Assembly (NCBI GenBank): GCA_965206745.1
Contig: OZ242220.1
Span: 1,568,001-1,632,000 of the forward strand
Length of the DNA: 64,000 nucleotides
Direction: 5' to 3'
Origin: Nitrosopumilus sp.
Lineage (GTDB): Archaea > Thermoproteota > Nitrososphaeria > Nitrososphaerales > Nitrosopumilaceae
The position numbers and the translations under genes are program-made. A model generated the notes under the pieces. The model did no database searches and was not told the origin of the DNA. It worked only from the letters and a program-made list of their open reading frames with translations. Below are positions 18,519 to 28,771 of the stretch, in pieces; position 1 is the stretch's first letter, and every line of letters begins with the position of its first letter.

Positions 18519-19200
18519 ATGACATGGAGCATGATACCATTGATGAGAAAAAAGGTCCAAATACACCCCCCAGTGTATTTCCATCTGAAGCATTTGATGA
18601 AAAGGCTTCAATCTGAGCCATCCTTTGCGCTATTTTAATTTTTAATAGGGCGCAGATGGGCAATTTTTGAATCAGGGCAGGAAACGTATCCCAGGTCTCT
18701 CCGACTAAACTCGAAGACCAGTCAGATATGGTAGGATAACCTCCAATGATACTTGAAATGCCAACATTACACCAGTTGATGCATGCAGCAGGGTTTGGCA
18801 GTGTACCCGCAGTACGCTGCCGGCATCTTTTATCTGAGATGGGAGACAGATACAGCAGGTGGCAGCAGACCTTTGGATGCCTCATATTCTGAAGATTCAG
18901 CAGGACAAGGGATTACACCTGCCGGTTCCCTTACTGTATATCTTTTACACCAGGAAATCCCCTGAGGCACCCTGCCAGCAGTCAGATAGTGATTAAAGGT
19001 ATCATGCGCAGCCGATCAGAATAGTGCAACTGCAGGCATCTCAAAGGATAAAACAAGAACACAGTGTGACGATTCATTATCAGTGTGAGAATGCCTCTGA
19101 TATTATCTTGCAGGTTTTGTACAGTTGGCTTGGTGAGAGTATATCATGGAACAGGTGAGGGGATTCTTTGGGTGCCGTCTCCCAGTTGTATGGTGCATCC

Positions 19201-19247
19201 GGTTCGGGTCAAATGTTGCAAGCAGAATCATCATGTGTGGACAGAAC
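19201..19247 (+). repeat. Palindromic ~47-bp intergenic repeat, copy A
   Basis: GGTTCGGGTCAAATGTTGCAAGCAGAATCATCATGTGTGGACAGAAC; 32/36 identical to copy B. Confidence 0.8.
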
Positions 19248-19345
19248 AATATTCAAAATGGCAAATGACGGATTCTCTAATTTTATTGGTTTGAGATATA
19301 GAAGAGATTCAAAATCAATAAATGCTAGTATTACAATAATAAAAT

Positions 19346-19564
19346 ATGGAATCTGACAATAATCGAAAATTTACTATTATAGTTGAAAATGAGGATGATT
19401 GCTGGTATAGTGGTCAATGCTTGGAAGTTCGAGAAGCTACAAGTCAGGGCAGTTCATTAGATGAGTTAAAAAAGAATATGAAAGAGGCTATACAATTATC
19501 TTTAGAATATTTAGAAGACAAAGCCAGAAAAGAAAACAAAGAGATCATCGAGATCTCGGCATAG
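19346..19564 (+). CDS. hicB: HicB-family antitoxin (type II TA)
   Basis: FTIIVENEDDCWYSGQCLEVREATSQGSSLDELKKNMKEAIQLSLE, typical HicB partial RNase-H fold pattern. Confidence 0.85.
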   Translation: MESDNNRKFTIIVENEDDCWYSGQCLEVREATSQGSSLDELKKNMKEAIQLSLEYLEDKARKENKEIIEISA

Positions 19565-19600
19565 CCAAACCTTGAAAATCATAACTGGCGTGTTTGGTGA
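19565..19600 (+). pseudogene. Possible 5' stub of the cognate hicA toxin, cut off at repeat copy B
   Basis: Reads PNLENHNWRVW* straight after the hicB stop and ends immediately before the repeat. Identity as hicA is inferred mainly from position. Confidence 0.3.
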
Positions 19601-19601
19601 G

Positions 19602-19648
19602 AATTCGGGTCAAATGTTGTAATGAGAATCATCATCTGTAGAGCCTCA
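19602..19648 (+). repeat. Palindromic ~47-bp intergenic repeat, copy B
   Basis: AATTCGGGTCAAATGTTGTAATGAGAATCATCATCTGTAGAGCCTCA. Confidence 0.8.
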
Positions 19649-19682
19649 ATTTCTTATATGGCACCAGAACAATAATGCAAAC

Positions 19683-20183
19683 ATGACAAAGATTACGGCA
19701 TACATTGCATCTAGTCTGGACGGATTTGTTGCAAGAGAGGACGGCAGTGTCGACTGGCTCCCAGATACAGCCGGAACAGGATATGACGCATTTTACAAGT
19801 CAGTGGATACCGTGATTATGGGCAGGGTCACATATGAGCAGATTCTTACATTTGGAAAATACCCATACAAGGACAAAAAGTTACTTGTTTTTACCAAGAC
19901 CAGTCAGAGTAAAGAGGGTGTGGAGTTTGTCTCAGACGTTGAAAGTTTTGTGAGGACAGGCTTTCCCAATGCGGGGGAGAATATCTGGCTGGTTGGAGGG
20001 GCACAACTCTTCTCATCCTTTCTCAAGGAAGAGGCAGTCGATGAGATAATCATATCAGTCATTCCAGTCATCTTGGGCAAGGGAGTGCCCCTGTTTACTG
20101 GTATGAAAGAGATAGAGCTTGAACTGGTCAAGACCAAAGAATACGGGCAGCTGGCAGAGATACATTACAGGGTTTTAAGGTGA
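19683..20183 (+). CDS. Dihydrofolate reductase family protein (RibD C-terminal domain)
   Basis: YIASSLDGFVAREDGSVDWL, VIMGRVTYE, IWLVGGAQL, VDEIIISVIPVILGKGVPLF. Confidence 0.9.
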   Translation: MTKITAYIASSLDGFVAREDGSVDWLPDTAGTGYDAFYKSVDTVIMGRVTYEQILTFGKYPYKDKKLLVFTKTSQSKEGVEFVSDVESFVRTGFPNAGENIWLVGGAQLFSSFLKEEAVDEIIISVIPVILGKGVPLFTGMKEIELELVKTKEYGQLAEIHYRVLR

Positions 20184-20223
20184 TGTTTGATTTCAGAGAT
20201 CATTGGCAGAGTTCAGCTCAGGT

Positions 20224-20270
20224 GGCTTGAGTCAGATATGGTGATCAGAATCACCATCTGTACGCAGAAG
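20224..20270 (+). repeat. Palindromic ~47-bp intergenic repeat, copy C
   Basis: GGCTTGAGTCAGATATGGTGATCAGAATCACCATCTGTACGCAGAAG; core inverted repeat ATGGTGAT-CAGA-ATCACCAT. Confidence 0.75.
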
Positions 20271-20661
20271 GGTTATTTCACAGAGAATTGATCAATGCCA
20301 CACAGGTTCAATGAATTTGAGGAGAACTGAAACTTTGGCATATGCATCGGAGAAACCCGTGCCAGTATGACTGAGTAAAAAAATATAGGTGAGGCTTTTG
20401 TCTATTCGCCCTGATATTCATCATTGTTTGGATTCAATTGATCACTATGATTGTCGTTATCGGATTGTTTATCCATGATTTGCATTGGTTGGTTTAACTT
20501 AAAATGATTACGATCCAAAGCTCTGTCAATGTGAATCTATAAAGATGATCCAGACAGTATCTGGCAATCACAGCAGTTAATTTTCTGAGCACCATTTTGC
20601 TGCAAATAGAAAATATCTGTCAGAGTCACCAAGATACAAACCCGAATCCTGACTTGGCCTA

Positions 20662-23600
20662 TCAGCAGGTAGTAGTCATGTTGTATGCGCGTATCAGGTC
20701 CAGCGTATCGGCATACGAATCTGAGGACTCGTCAAGGGACTCGATTAATCCGCACACCTGCACCTGGTCGTACTGGGATATTTGCAGTGAGAGCTCCTGA
20801 AGCGGTGTCAGCTGTGCATCTGCCTCGATGATACTTCTAGATGGCAAAGGTTCCGTACCGAGATAAAAGTTGTCAAAGGACGTCTTTTTGCCCCAAGGGT
20901 ATATCCAGGGATCAGAAAGGTAGAGTTGTACCGTGATATCGTCTTGTCCTGATACGTACTGTGAAATGTCTTTACTAAATGTGCGCCATCCAGAATCAAG
21001 TGTGCCACCTGCAATCATGTATGTATTGTACAGGGAGTTGCCGTCAGTATCCGTTATTTGCAGTATGGCATTAGTTACTGTTGAAATAGTACCTAGTGAG
21101 GTTGCCCTGTAATCGACGCTGAGGTGCAGTGAATCATCCGGATCATGGTTCTCAAGGGAGATGTCTCTATTAATTCCGGCATCTGCTCCAAACCCGTTGC
21201 CTCTAATCAGGGCAGATGATGCGGGATTGCCGTCAGTTGCAGAGAGTTCAAGTATGTAATTGTTGTAACGCACGTGGCCTTGCCATGTGGGGGGACTGTG
21301 TATTGATTTGACAAACTCCCAGGAATCAAGGTTTGCAAAGTCATCAGTTATGCTTGCAAATATAGCGGCATCAATTGTAACTGAGAAGGAGTCCTGTACA
21401 AAGTTGTCGTTTGCATCAGTTGCAGTGCATGTGACTAGAGTGCTGCCGACAGGGAAAGAATCTCCCGAATCATGACTACACAGTATGGTGACTGGGAAGA
21501 CGTCAGTTACAGTCGGAGTTTCAAACTCGACAACATCACGATTCGCATGCGTCAGGGCGATATCATCTGGGAAACTGGTAAAGACGGGCTTTGTCGTATC
21601 CTGAACCCTCACAGTCTGGGTATCATTGGTAACATTATCTGAATCATCAGTTGCAGACCATGTAATAGTAGTCGAGCCTAGAGGGAAGGAGTCAGGGGCA
21701 TCATTGGTAACTGTAACATCAGAATCTACAATATCGCTGGCAGTCGCACTGCCAATATCCACGGGGGTTAATTCATCTGTAGCCTCTACAATGAGACTGT
21801 GAGGTACTGTAACTATTGGGCTTGTCGTGTCCCGTATGGTGACTGTCTGTATGGCAGTTGCCGTATTTCCAGAGATGTCCATGGCAGTCCACGTAACTCT
21901 AGTCTCACCTAGTGGAAAAGAGTCGGGGGAATCATTTGTTGCAGTTATGGTATCAATATTGTCTGTGACTGCTGCAGTTCCTATATCAACAAGAGTCAGC
22001 GCACCTGTGGCCTCGGCTATAACATCAGATGGCAGAATCAGCATGGGTTCTGTCGTATCCTGTATCGTCACTTTCTGGGTATCAGTTGCAGAATTATCAA
22101 AGAAATCAGTTGCAGTGTAGGTTACTATGGTGACACCAATTGGGAAGGAGGTCGGGGCATCGCTGGTGATGCGGGGTGTAGGATCAACTAGGTCAGTTGC
22201 AGTTGCGACACCCAGATCAATCATGGTAAGCAGGGTGTCAGTCTCGATGGTAATATCATCAGGGGCTGTAATGGTTGGATTTGTGCTATCATCAATGACT
22301 ACAATTTGGTCATATCGAGCCGTATTTCCGGAACTGTCTCGGGCAGTCCAGATGACAAAGGTTGCAGCAATTGGAAAAGAGTCAGGTGCGTTATTGGTAA
22401 CTGCAACATCAGGGTCTGCAATATCATGTGCAGTTACAGTGTCAATCTCAAGGGGGGTAAATCTTCCTGTGGCCTCTGCAAAGACGATGTTGGATGCCGG
22501 AATGTCAAAGTACGGGTCTGTAGTATCCCGTATGGTGACTGTCTGTATGGCAGTTACCGTGTTCTCAGAGATGTCAGTTGCAGTCCACGTCACCAGAGTG
22601 TCACCTACGGGGAAGGAGTCAGGCGCGTCATTTGTTGCAGTCAGGGTATCAATATTGTCTGTAACTGTCGCAGTTCCTATATCCACAGGGGTCTGTACAC
22701 CTGTGGCCTCTACGGTAACATCAGATGGCAGAACCAGCACAGGCTCTGTATCATTTATGGTTATCGTTTGCGTGGCAGTAACAGAGTTGCCAGAGTCATC
22801 AGTTGCAGTGTATGTCACTATGGTTATGCCGATTGGAAATGAGTTTGGGGCATTACTGGTAATAGTTGGCATTGCATCTACTGTATCTGTTGCAGTGGCT
22901 GCTCCCAGATGAATCATCGATATCAGGCTGGTGGCCTCAAGTGTGACATCACCTGGTGCCGTAATTACGGGATCTGTCGTATCCTGTATGAGAATGGTTT
23001 GCGTGTCATTTATGATGCCTCCTTTGTCGTCCCGGGCAGTCCATGTTATGATGGTGGTGCCAAGTGGAAACAGACCAGGTGCGTCATTTGTGACTGTGGC
23101 ATTACGGTTGATGGAGGCAGTGCCCAGATCAACTAGGGTCAGCTCCCCTGTAGCCTCCAGAGTCAGGCCATCAGGGGCGGTAATCTCCAGGGGTATGAAT
23201 TTGGTTATCGTAATGTCAAATGAGGCACTTGCCACATTGCCTGCCATATCCTGAGTTGTGCAAGTTACAATAGTGGTACCAAATGGGTGAATCACGCCGC
23301 TTGGAACATTGCATTCCACTGCAATTTGACCATCCAAGTTGTCAACTGCTGCCGGTCTGGTAAAAGGGACAACTGATGGACGGAGTAGATCCAGCACTAT
23401 ATCCTCAGGTACCTCTGATATTACAGGCTTTGCATCGTCCATTGTCTTTGCAATTAGTTGTACTGCATCAATCTGGATGGTGCCTTTATCCCCCTCAAGT
23501 AGCGGTGTTAATCTGAAGAAAAAGTCATTGCCTGCAAACTCGTCCAAGTTTACCGTAACTTGGAACCATCGCTGGTATGTCGACTGGCCCACGATTATAG

Positions 23601-24321
23601 CGTGCTTGTTCTCCCAGGTGCCATCTGGAGTCGCTGCGACCTCGAGGTTCAGCGAGTCCGTACTTGCAATCTGATCTCCAAACCAGACCCAGAAGACAAG
23701 GTCTGCACCGTCATATGTGGATAGATCCACCATGTCTGTAAAGTGCAGGGGACAGGAACCGTTGCACTCTTTGATGCTGATGATGCGGTTGTTGGTATCG
23801 ACAGGCAACATGTCTGTGGATCTCTGTATATTCCACTGGCTGGATAATATCCATCCGTCAGTACCATCCCACTGCTGCTCAAAGAATATCATCTCTTCAA
23901 CTCCAGGTGTCGGTTCCCGTGTGGGTATGACTATGGGGGACTTTGTAGTAAGTGTCACTGGAACATCAATTGTCTTGCCGGCATTGTTATCTCCATCAGT
24001 GACGTTCACTGAGAAGGCAAGGGTTGTGGCCAGCTCCCTTACTATATAGGGCACCCGAAAAGATGCCGTACTACTGTCTGCATTTTGCAGCATCACAGCA
24101 GGTGCATCACCGTCTGTCTGGGACCATGAGAATGTCAAGGGATTATCACTAGTTGCACTGGCAGTCAGTGTCACTATGTCATCGCTCTGGTAACTTTGGC
24201 TGACAGGTGCAATGGAGAGATTCAGATCTGCATCTGAACTGTCAGGTGTTCCAACTTGAGCTTCTGCGAGGCCGACTGGGACTAGCATGAAAATAAATAA
24301 TAAGAACAGTGTTTTGTTCAT
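20662..24321 (-). CDS. Secreted HYR-repeat surface protein 1 (PKD/REJ-like N-domain, jelly-roll/MAM-like insert, ~9 HYR repeats, C-terminal beta-sandwich and Cys-pair tail)
   Basis: Signal peptide MNKTLFLLFIFMLVPVGLAEA; HYR motifs DTTxPxITAP...FPxGxTxVTWTATDxSGN; ATG at 24319-24321. Confidence 0.9.
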   Translation of the reverse strand: MNKTLFLLFIFMLVPVGLAEAQVGTPDSSDADLNLSIAPVSQSYQSDDIVTLTASATSDNPLTFSWSQTDGDAPAVMLQNADSSTASFRVPYIVRELATTLAFSVNVTDGDNNAGKTIDVPVTLTTKSPIVIPTREPTPGVEEMIFFEQQWDGTDGWILSSQWNIQRSTDMLPVDTNNRIISIKECNGSCPLHFTDMVDLSTYDGADLVFWVWFGDQIASTDSLNLEVAATPDGTWENKHAIIVGQSTYQRWFQVTVNLDEFAGNDFFFRLTPLLEGDKGTIQIDAVQLIAKTMDDAKPVISEVPEDIVLDLLRPSVVPFTRPAAVDNLDGQIAVECNVPSGVIHPFGTTIVTCTTQDMAGNVASASFDITITKFIPLEITAPDGLTLEATGELTLVDLGTASINRNATVTNDAPGLFPLGTTIITWTARDDKGGIINDTQTILIQDTTDPVITAPGDVTLEATSLISMIHLGAATATDTVDAMPTITSNAPNSFPIGITIVTYTATDDSGNSVTATQTITINDTEPVLVLPSDVTVEATGVQTPVDIGTATVTDNIDTLTATNDAPDSFPVGDTLVTWTATDISENTVTAIQTVTIRDTTDPYFDIPASNIVFAEATGRFTPLEIDTVTAHDIADPDVAVTNNAPDSFPIAATFVIWTARDSSGNTARYDQIVVIDDSTNPTITAPDDITIETDTLLTMIDLGVATATDLVDPTPRITSDAPTSFPIGVTIVTYTATDFFDNSATDTQKVTIQDTTEPMLILPSDVIAEATGALTLVDIGTAAVTDNIDTITATNDSPDSFPLGETRVTWTAMDISGNTATAIQTVTIRDTTSPIVTVPHSLIVEATDELTPVDIGSATASDIVDSDVTVTNDAPDSFPLGSTTITWSATDDSDNVTNDTQTVRVQDTTKPVFTSFPDDIALTHANRDVVEFETPTVTDVFPVTILCSHDSGDSFPVGSTLVTCTATDANDNFVQDSFSVTIDAAIFASITDDFANLDSWEFVKSIHSPPTWQGHVRYNNYILELSATDGNPASSALIRGNGFGADAGINRDISLENHDPDDSLHLSVDYRATSLGTISTVTNAILQITDTDGNSLYNTYMIAGGTLDSGWRTFSKDISQYVSGQDDITVQLYLSDPWIYPWGKKTSFDNFYLGTEPLPSRSIIEADAQLTPLQELSLQISQYDQVQVCGLIESLDESSDSYADTLDLIRAYNMTTTC

Positions 24322-24426
24322 CAATTAATTAGGATCACGTGGTATATAGATAATTCTAACCAGTTGCGATCTGCAAACTATTGGGATAAAATGTGAAATA
24401 ATTACCAAATAAAGTGCAATTTTTTG
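24322..24426 (-). promoter_or_regulatory. Promoter/upstream region of HYR protein 1, duplicated at 28391-28495
   Basis: caattaattaggat..c..ggtatatagata.ttct...cag.tgcgatctgcaa..ta...ggg.taaaatgtgaaataattac is shared by both paralogs and includes a TATA element. Confidence 0.7.
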
Positions 24427-24751
24427 AATTTTTCAATCCACAGTTGTCGCTCAGATGATGCAAAAATGGATTTTTGACAGTTATCGGTGCTGTACAAATC
24501 AATTTGGAGCTAGATAGGGTGATAATATGATCGTATGAATTTTAGATATACTTGGACTGCAATCAATAGGAAGAGACGTATGAGAGTATTACATTGATCT
24601 GAGGGATCAAAAGGTGACACAAAACAGGCATGTCTTTTGACTATCCATAGATGTCATAAGACATGTCAGATGAATGCAGGAATTCCAGATGATCACATTA
24701 TAAAATTAATAAAAAGATCAGCCCAAGTGCAAATCCTGACTTGCGTATCTA

Positions 24752-27700
24752 TCAGCAGGCAGTGGTCATGTTGTATGCGCGTATCAGTTTTAACGTATCG
24801 GCATAGATATCTGCAGACTCGTCAAGTGACTCGATTAATCCGCATACCTGTGCCTGATTATATTGTGAGATTTGCAGGGACAGTTCTTGGAGTGGTGTCA
24901 GCTGCATATCGGTATCACTGCTGATGTTTCCAAATGGAGGAGGATTCACACCGAGATAAAAGTTGTCAAAGAATGCTCTCTGCTGCCAGTCTTGATTCCA
25001 GGAATCATAGAGGTATAGTCGTACCCTGATACTATCTTGTCCTGATACGGACTGGGAAATATCAGTACCAAGTGTGCGCCATCCCGAATCCAATGTGCCG
25101 CCTTCAACTAGGATTATCCGGTCCAGGAAATAGCCATCTGCATCTATTATCTCAAGCCCGGCATTGGTTATGGTTGAACTACTAGACAGTGATTGTGCCT
25201 TGTAATCTACGCCGAGGTATAGCGGACCACCTGAGGTATAGTTTACAAGGGAAAAGTCTCTAATAATTCCGGCAATGGCTCCAAACCCGTCACCACTAAT
25301 CAGGGCAGATGATGTAGAGTTGCCGTCAGTTGCTGCGAGTTCAAGTGTGTAGTTGTTAAAGTGTTTAAATTCCACAGGGGTGGGTAGTAGTTTGACAAGC
25401 TCCCAGGAATCAAGGTCTGCAAAGTCATCAGTTATGGTTTCAAATATAGAGGAACCAACTGTTACTGAGAAAGAGTCCCGCACAGAGTTGTCGTTTGCAT
25501 CAGTTGCGATACATGTGACTAGCGTGCTGCCAATAAAAAATAAACCGCCTGAGTCATGACTACACAGCACGGTTACTGGAAAGATGTCAGTTGCAGTCGG
25601 AGTTTCAAACCTTACAAAAGTGTCATTTCCAGATATCACGGTGATATCATCTGGAAAGCTGGTAAAGACCGGCCTTGTCGTATCCTCAATGGTGACTGTC
25701 TGTATGGCAGTTGCCGTATTTCCAAAGATGTCCATGGCAGTCCACGTTACACGAGTCTCACCTACTGGAAACGAGTCAGGTGAGTCATTTGTTGCATTTA
25801 TGGTATCAACATTGTCTGTAACTGTGGCAGTTCCAATATCCAACGTGGTCAGCACGCCTGTGGCCTCAGATAGGATGTTTAATGGCAGAATCAGCACAGG
25901 TTCTGTCGTATCCTGTACCGTCACCCTCTGGATATCAGTTGCAGAATTGTTAAGGAAATCAGTTGCAATGTATGTTACTATGGTCGTACCGATTGGAAAG
26001 GAGGTTGGGGCATCGCTGATGATGCGGGGTGAAGGATCAACTAGATCAGTTGCAGTTGCAACACCCAGATCAATCATGGTAAGCAGGCCGTCAGCCTCGA
26101 TGGTAATATCATCAGGGGCTGTAATGGTTGGACTGGTATTATCACTAAGAACTATAACTTGGTCATACCGAGCCGTATTTCCAGAGTCATCCTCAGCTAT
26201 CCAAGTGACAAAGGTCGCACCAAGTGGGAAGGAGTCAGGTGAATCATTTGTGACTGTGACATCTGGGTCTGCAGTATCATTTGCAGGTATGGGGTCAAGC
26301 TCAAGGGAAGTCAATATTCCTGTGGCATTTACAAAGAGGACATTGGACTCTGGGATATCAAAGTATGGATTTGTAGTATCCTGAATCCTTACAGTCTGGG
26401 TATCACTGGCAGTATTGTTTGAGTCATCCCTTGCAGTCCATGTAATAATAGTCTCGCCTACTGGGAAGGAGCCAGGTGAATCATTTGTGACTGTGACATC
26501 AGGGTCTGCAATATCACTGGCAGTGGCATTGCCAATATCTACGGGAGTCAGCACGCCTGTGGCCTCTACTGTAACATCAGATGGTAAAATCAGTGTAGGA
26601 TTTGTCGTATCCTGTACCGTTACTCTCTGAATATCAGTTGCAGAATTGTTAAAGCTATCAATTGCAGTGTATGTCACTATGGTCGTACCGATTGGAAAGG
26701 AGGTTGGGGCATCGCTGGTGATGAAAAGTGCCGGATCAGCCAGATCAGTTGCATTTGCGACACCCAGATCAATCATGGTAAGCAGGCCGGTAGCCTCGAT
26801 GGTGATATCATCAGGGGCTGTAATGACTGGATTTATGATATCATTAATGACTACAATTTGGTCATATCTAGCCGTATTTCCAGAATCGTCCTCGGCTATC
26901 CAAGTGACAAAGGTTGGGCCAATTGGGAAAGAGTCAGGTGCGTTATTTGTAACTGTGACATTAGAATCTGCAATATCATTTGCAGGTATGGGGTCAAGCT
27001 CAAGTGGGGTAAATACTCCTGTGGCATTTGCAAAGATGAGATTGGACTCTGGGGTATCAAAGACAGGGGCTGTCGTATCCTGAATGGTGACTGTCTGTAT
27101 GCCAGTTGCCGTATTTCCAGAATTGTCCCTTGCAGTCCATGTTACTATAGTATCACCTACTGGAAACGAGTCAGGTGCGTCATTTGTTGCATTTATGGTA
27201 CCAGCATTGTCTGTAACTGTGGCAGTTCCTATATCTACAGGAGTCAGGACGCCTGTAGCCTCTGCTGTAACATCAGATGGCAGAACCAGCATGGGTCCTG
27301 CCGTATCCAGTACCGTTACTCTCTGGGTATCTGTTGCAGAGTTGCCAGAGTCATCAGTTGCAGTGTAGGTTATTGTAGTTGTACCAATTGGGAAGAAGGC
27401 CGGAGCATTACTGGTAACAGTCGGCATTGCATCTACGGTATCTGTTGCAGTTGCAGTACCCAGATCAATCATGGTAAGCAGACCCGTAGCCTCAAGTGTG
27501 AGATCAGCTGGTGCCACAATTACGGGATCAGTCGTATCCTGTATGGTGATAATTTGCGTATCATTTGCTATGCCTCCTATGTCATCCTGGGCAGTCCATG
27601 TTATGGTGGTGTTGCCAAGTGCAAACAGGCCAAGTGCATCATTTGTGATTGTGGCATCTCTGTTGGTAGTGGCATTGCCCGGATCAACTGGGGTCAGCTC

Positions 27701-28390
27701 CCCTGTAGCCTCCAGAATCAGGTCATCAGGGGCGGTAATCTCCAAGATGAATGAGTTTAGCGTTACATCAAATGAGGCACTTGCCGTATTGCCTGCAGAA
27801 TCTTGGGCCATGCAAGTTACAGTAGTGGTACCAAATGGATAAGTCGCCCCACTTGGCGGATCACACATCACTGCAACTGTACCGTCCACATTGTCAACTG
27901 CAGTAGGCTGGGCAAAGAAGAGAAGTAACGGGCGGGAGCTAATCCGTATTATGTCTTGAGGCACATTTGAGATTACAGGCTTTACATCATCCCCTGTATC
28001 GGGAGTCAGTGTTACTGGAACATCAATAGTACCTATGACATTATTCTGTCCATCAGTGATGCTGACTGAGAATGACAGAGTTGCATTATGCACACTCGTT
28101 GCAAAAGGTACATTAAAAGAGGCCACATGCATGTCTGCATTTCGCAGGGTTACTAGGGGAGCTCCGTTGGATATCTGGGACCATGAGAACATCAAAGGAC
28201 CAGTATTACTGAATGCACTGGCATTGAGACGTACTAGTTCACCACTTTGAAAAGTTGGGTTGTTAGTAGATAAAAAAAAGGCAATCAAGTCTGCATCTGT
28301 ACCATTGCCAGGTGTTGCCTCCTGTGCCTCTGCGAGGCCGACTGGAACTAGCATGAAGATAAATAATAATAGAAAAGGTGTTTTGCTCAT
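24752..28390 (-). CDS. Secreted HYR-repeat surface protein 2 (~11 HYR repeats), tandem paralog of 20662-24321
   Basis: Near-identical signal peptide (FIFMLVPVGLAEAQ) and C-tail (LTPLQELSLQISQY.Q.QVCGLIESLDES...Y.DTL.LIRAYNMTT.C). Confidence 0.9.
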   Translation of the reverse strand: MSKTPFLLLFIFMLVPVGLAEAQEATPGNGTDADLIAFFLSTNNPTFQSGELVRLNASAFSNTGPLMFSWSQISNGAPLVTLRNADMHVASFNVPFATSVHNATLSFSVSITDGQNNVIGTIDVPVTLTPDTGDDVKPVISNVPQDIIRISSRPLLLFFAQPTAVDNVDGTVAVMCDPPSGATYPFGTTTVTCMAQDSAGNTASASFDVTLNSFILEITAPDDLILEATGELTPVDPGNATTNRDATITNDALGLFALGNTTITWTAQDDIGGIANDTQIITIQDTTDPVIVAPADLTLEATGLLTMIDLGTATATDTVDAMPTVTSNAPAFFPIGTTTITYTATDDSGNSATDTQRVTVLDTAGPMLVLPSDVTAEATGVLTPVDIGTATVTDNAGTINATNDAPDSFPVGDTIVTWTARDNSGNTATGIQTVTIQDTTAPVFDTPESNLIFANATGVFTPLELDPIPANDIADSNVTVTNNAPDSFPIGPTFVTWIAEDDSGNTARYDQIVVINDIINPVITAPDDITIEATGLLTMIDLGVANATDLADPALFITSDAPTSFPIGTTIVTYTAIDSFNNSATDIQRVTVQDTTNPTLILPSDVTVEATGVLTPVDIGNATASDIADPDVTVTNDSPGSFPVGETIITWTARDDSNNTASDTQTVRIQDTTNPYFDIPESNVLFVNATGILTSLELDPIPANDTADPDVTVTNDSPDSFPLGATFVTWIAEDDSGNTARYDQVIVLSDNTSPTITAPDDITIEADGLLTMIDLGVATATDLVDPSPRIISDAPTSFPIGTTIVTYIATDFLNNSATDIQRVTVQDTTEPVLILPLNILSEATGVLTTLDIGTATVTDNVDTINATNDSPDSFPVGETRVTWTAMDIFGNTATAIQTVTIEDTTRPVFTSFPDDITVISGNDTFVRFETPTATDIFPVTVLCSHDSGGLFFIGSTLVTCIATDANDNSVRDSFSVTVGSSIFETITDDFADLDSWELVKLLPTPVEFKHFNNYTLELAATDGNSTSSALISGDGFGAIAGIIRDFSLVNYTSGGPLYLGVDYKAQSLSSSSTITNAGLEIIDADGYFLDRIILVEGGTLDSGWRTLGTDISQSVSGQDSIRVRLYLYDSWNQDWQQRAFFDNFYLGVNPPPFGNISSDTDMQLTPLQELSLQISQYNQAQVCGLIESLDESADIYADTLKLIRAYNMTTAC

Positions 28391-28495
28391 CAATTAATTA
28401 GGATTACATGGTATATAGATAGTTCTGATCAGCTGCGATCTGCAAGTTATCGGGGTAAAATGTGAAATAATTACAAGATAAAATATAATTTTTTG
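28391..28495 (-). promoter_or_regulatory. Promoter/upstream region of HYR protein 2 (duplicate)
   Basis: Colinear similarity to 24322-24426. Confidence 0.7.
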
Positions 28496-28771
28496 CCAGT
28501 TACTCAGATGGTACACCATTCAGGAGGCAGACTGATTTTGGGCCAGGCATAAGTTTCCAAAAATTTGCATGTTTCGCTGAAAGAATTATCGGCATTATAC
28601 AGATAGTATTGTGACAAAACAGAGCAGATGCTTGCATTCTCCAGATCGGCACACTACAAAACTCAACAGGATGATATGTCATATCTGACACCCAAACCAG
28701 GCACAAAGACACCCCGGATGGCAACTTGCATGACCCCATACCTTGTATAGTGTGACACGAAATACAATCAG

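Noticed and set aside
18517-18885. 122-aa minus-strand ORF
   Set aside because: No recognisable motif or supporting context; probably non-coding or decayed sequence.
21287-28250. Plus-strand ORFs opposite the HYR genes
   Set aside because: Shadow frames produced by the repetitive codon pattern of HYR repeats.
20662-28390. HYR paralog pair as DGR template/variable repeats
   Set aside because: No reverse transcriptase in the window, differences are not adenine-specific, and whole genes with promoters are duplicated.
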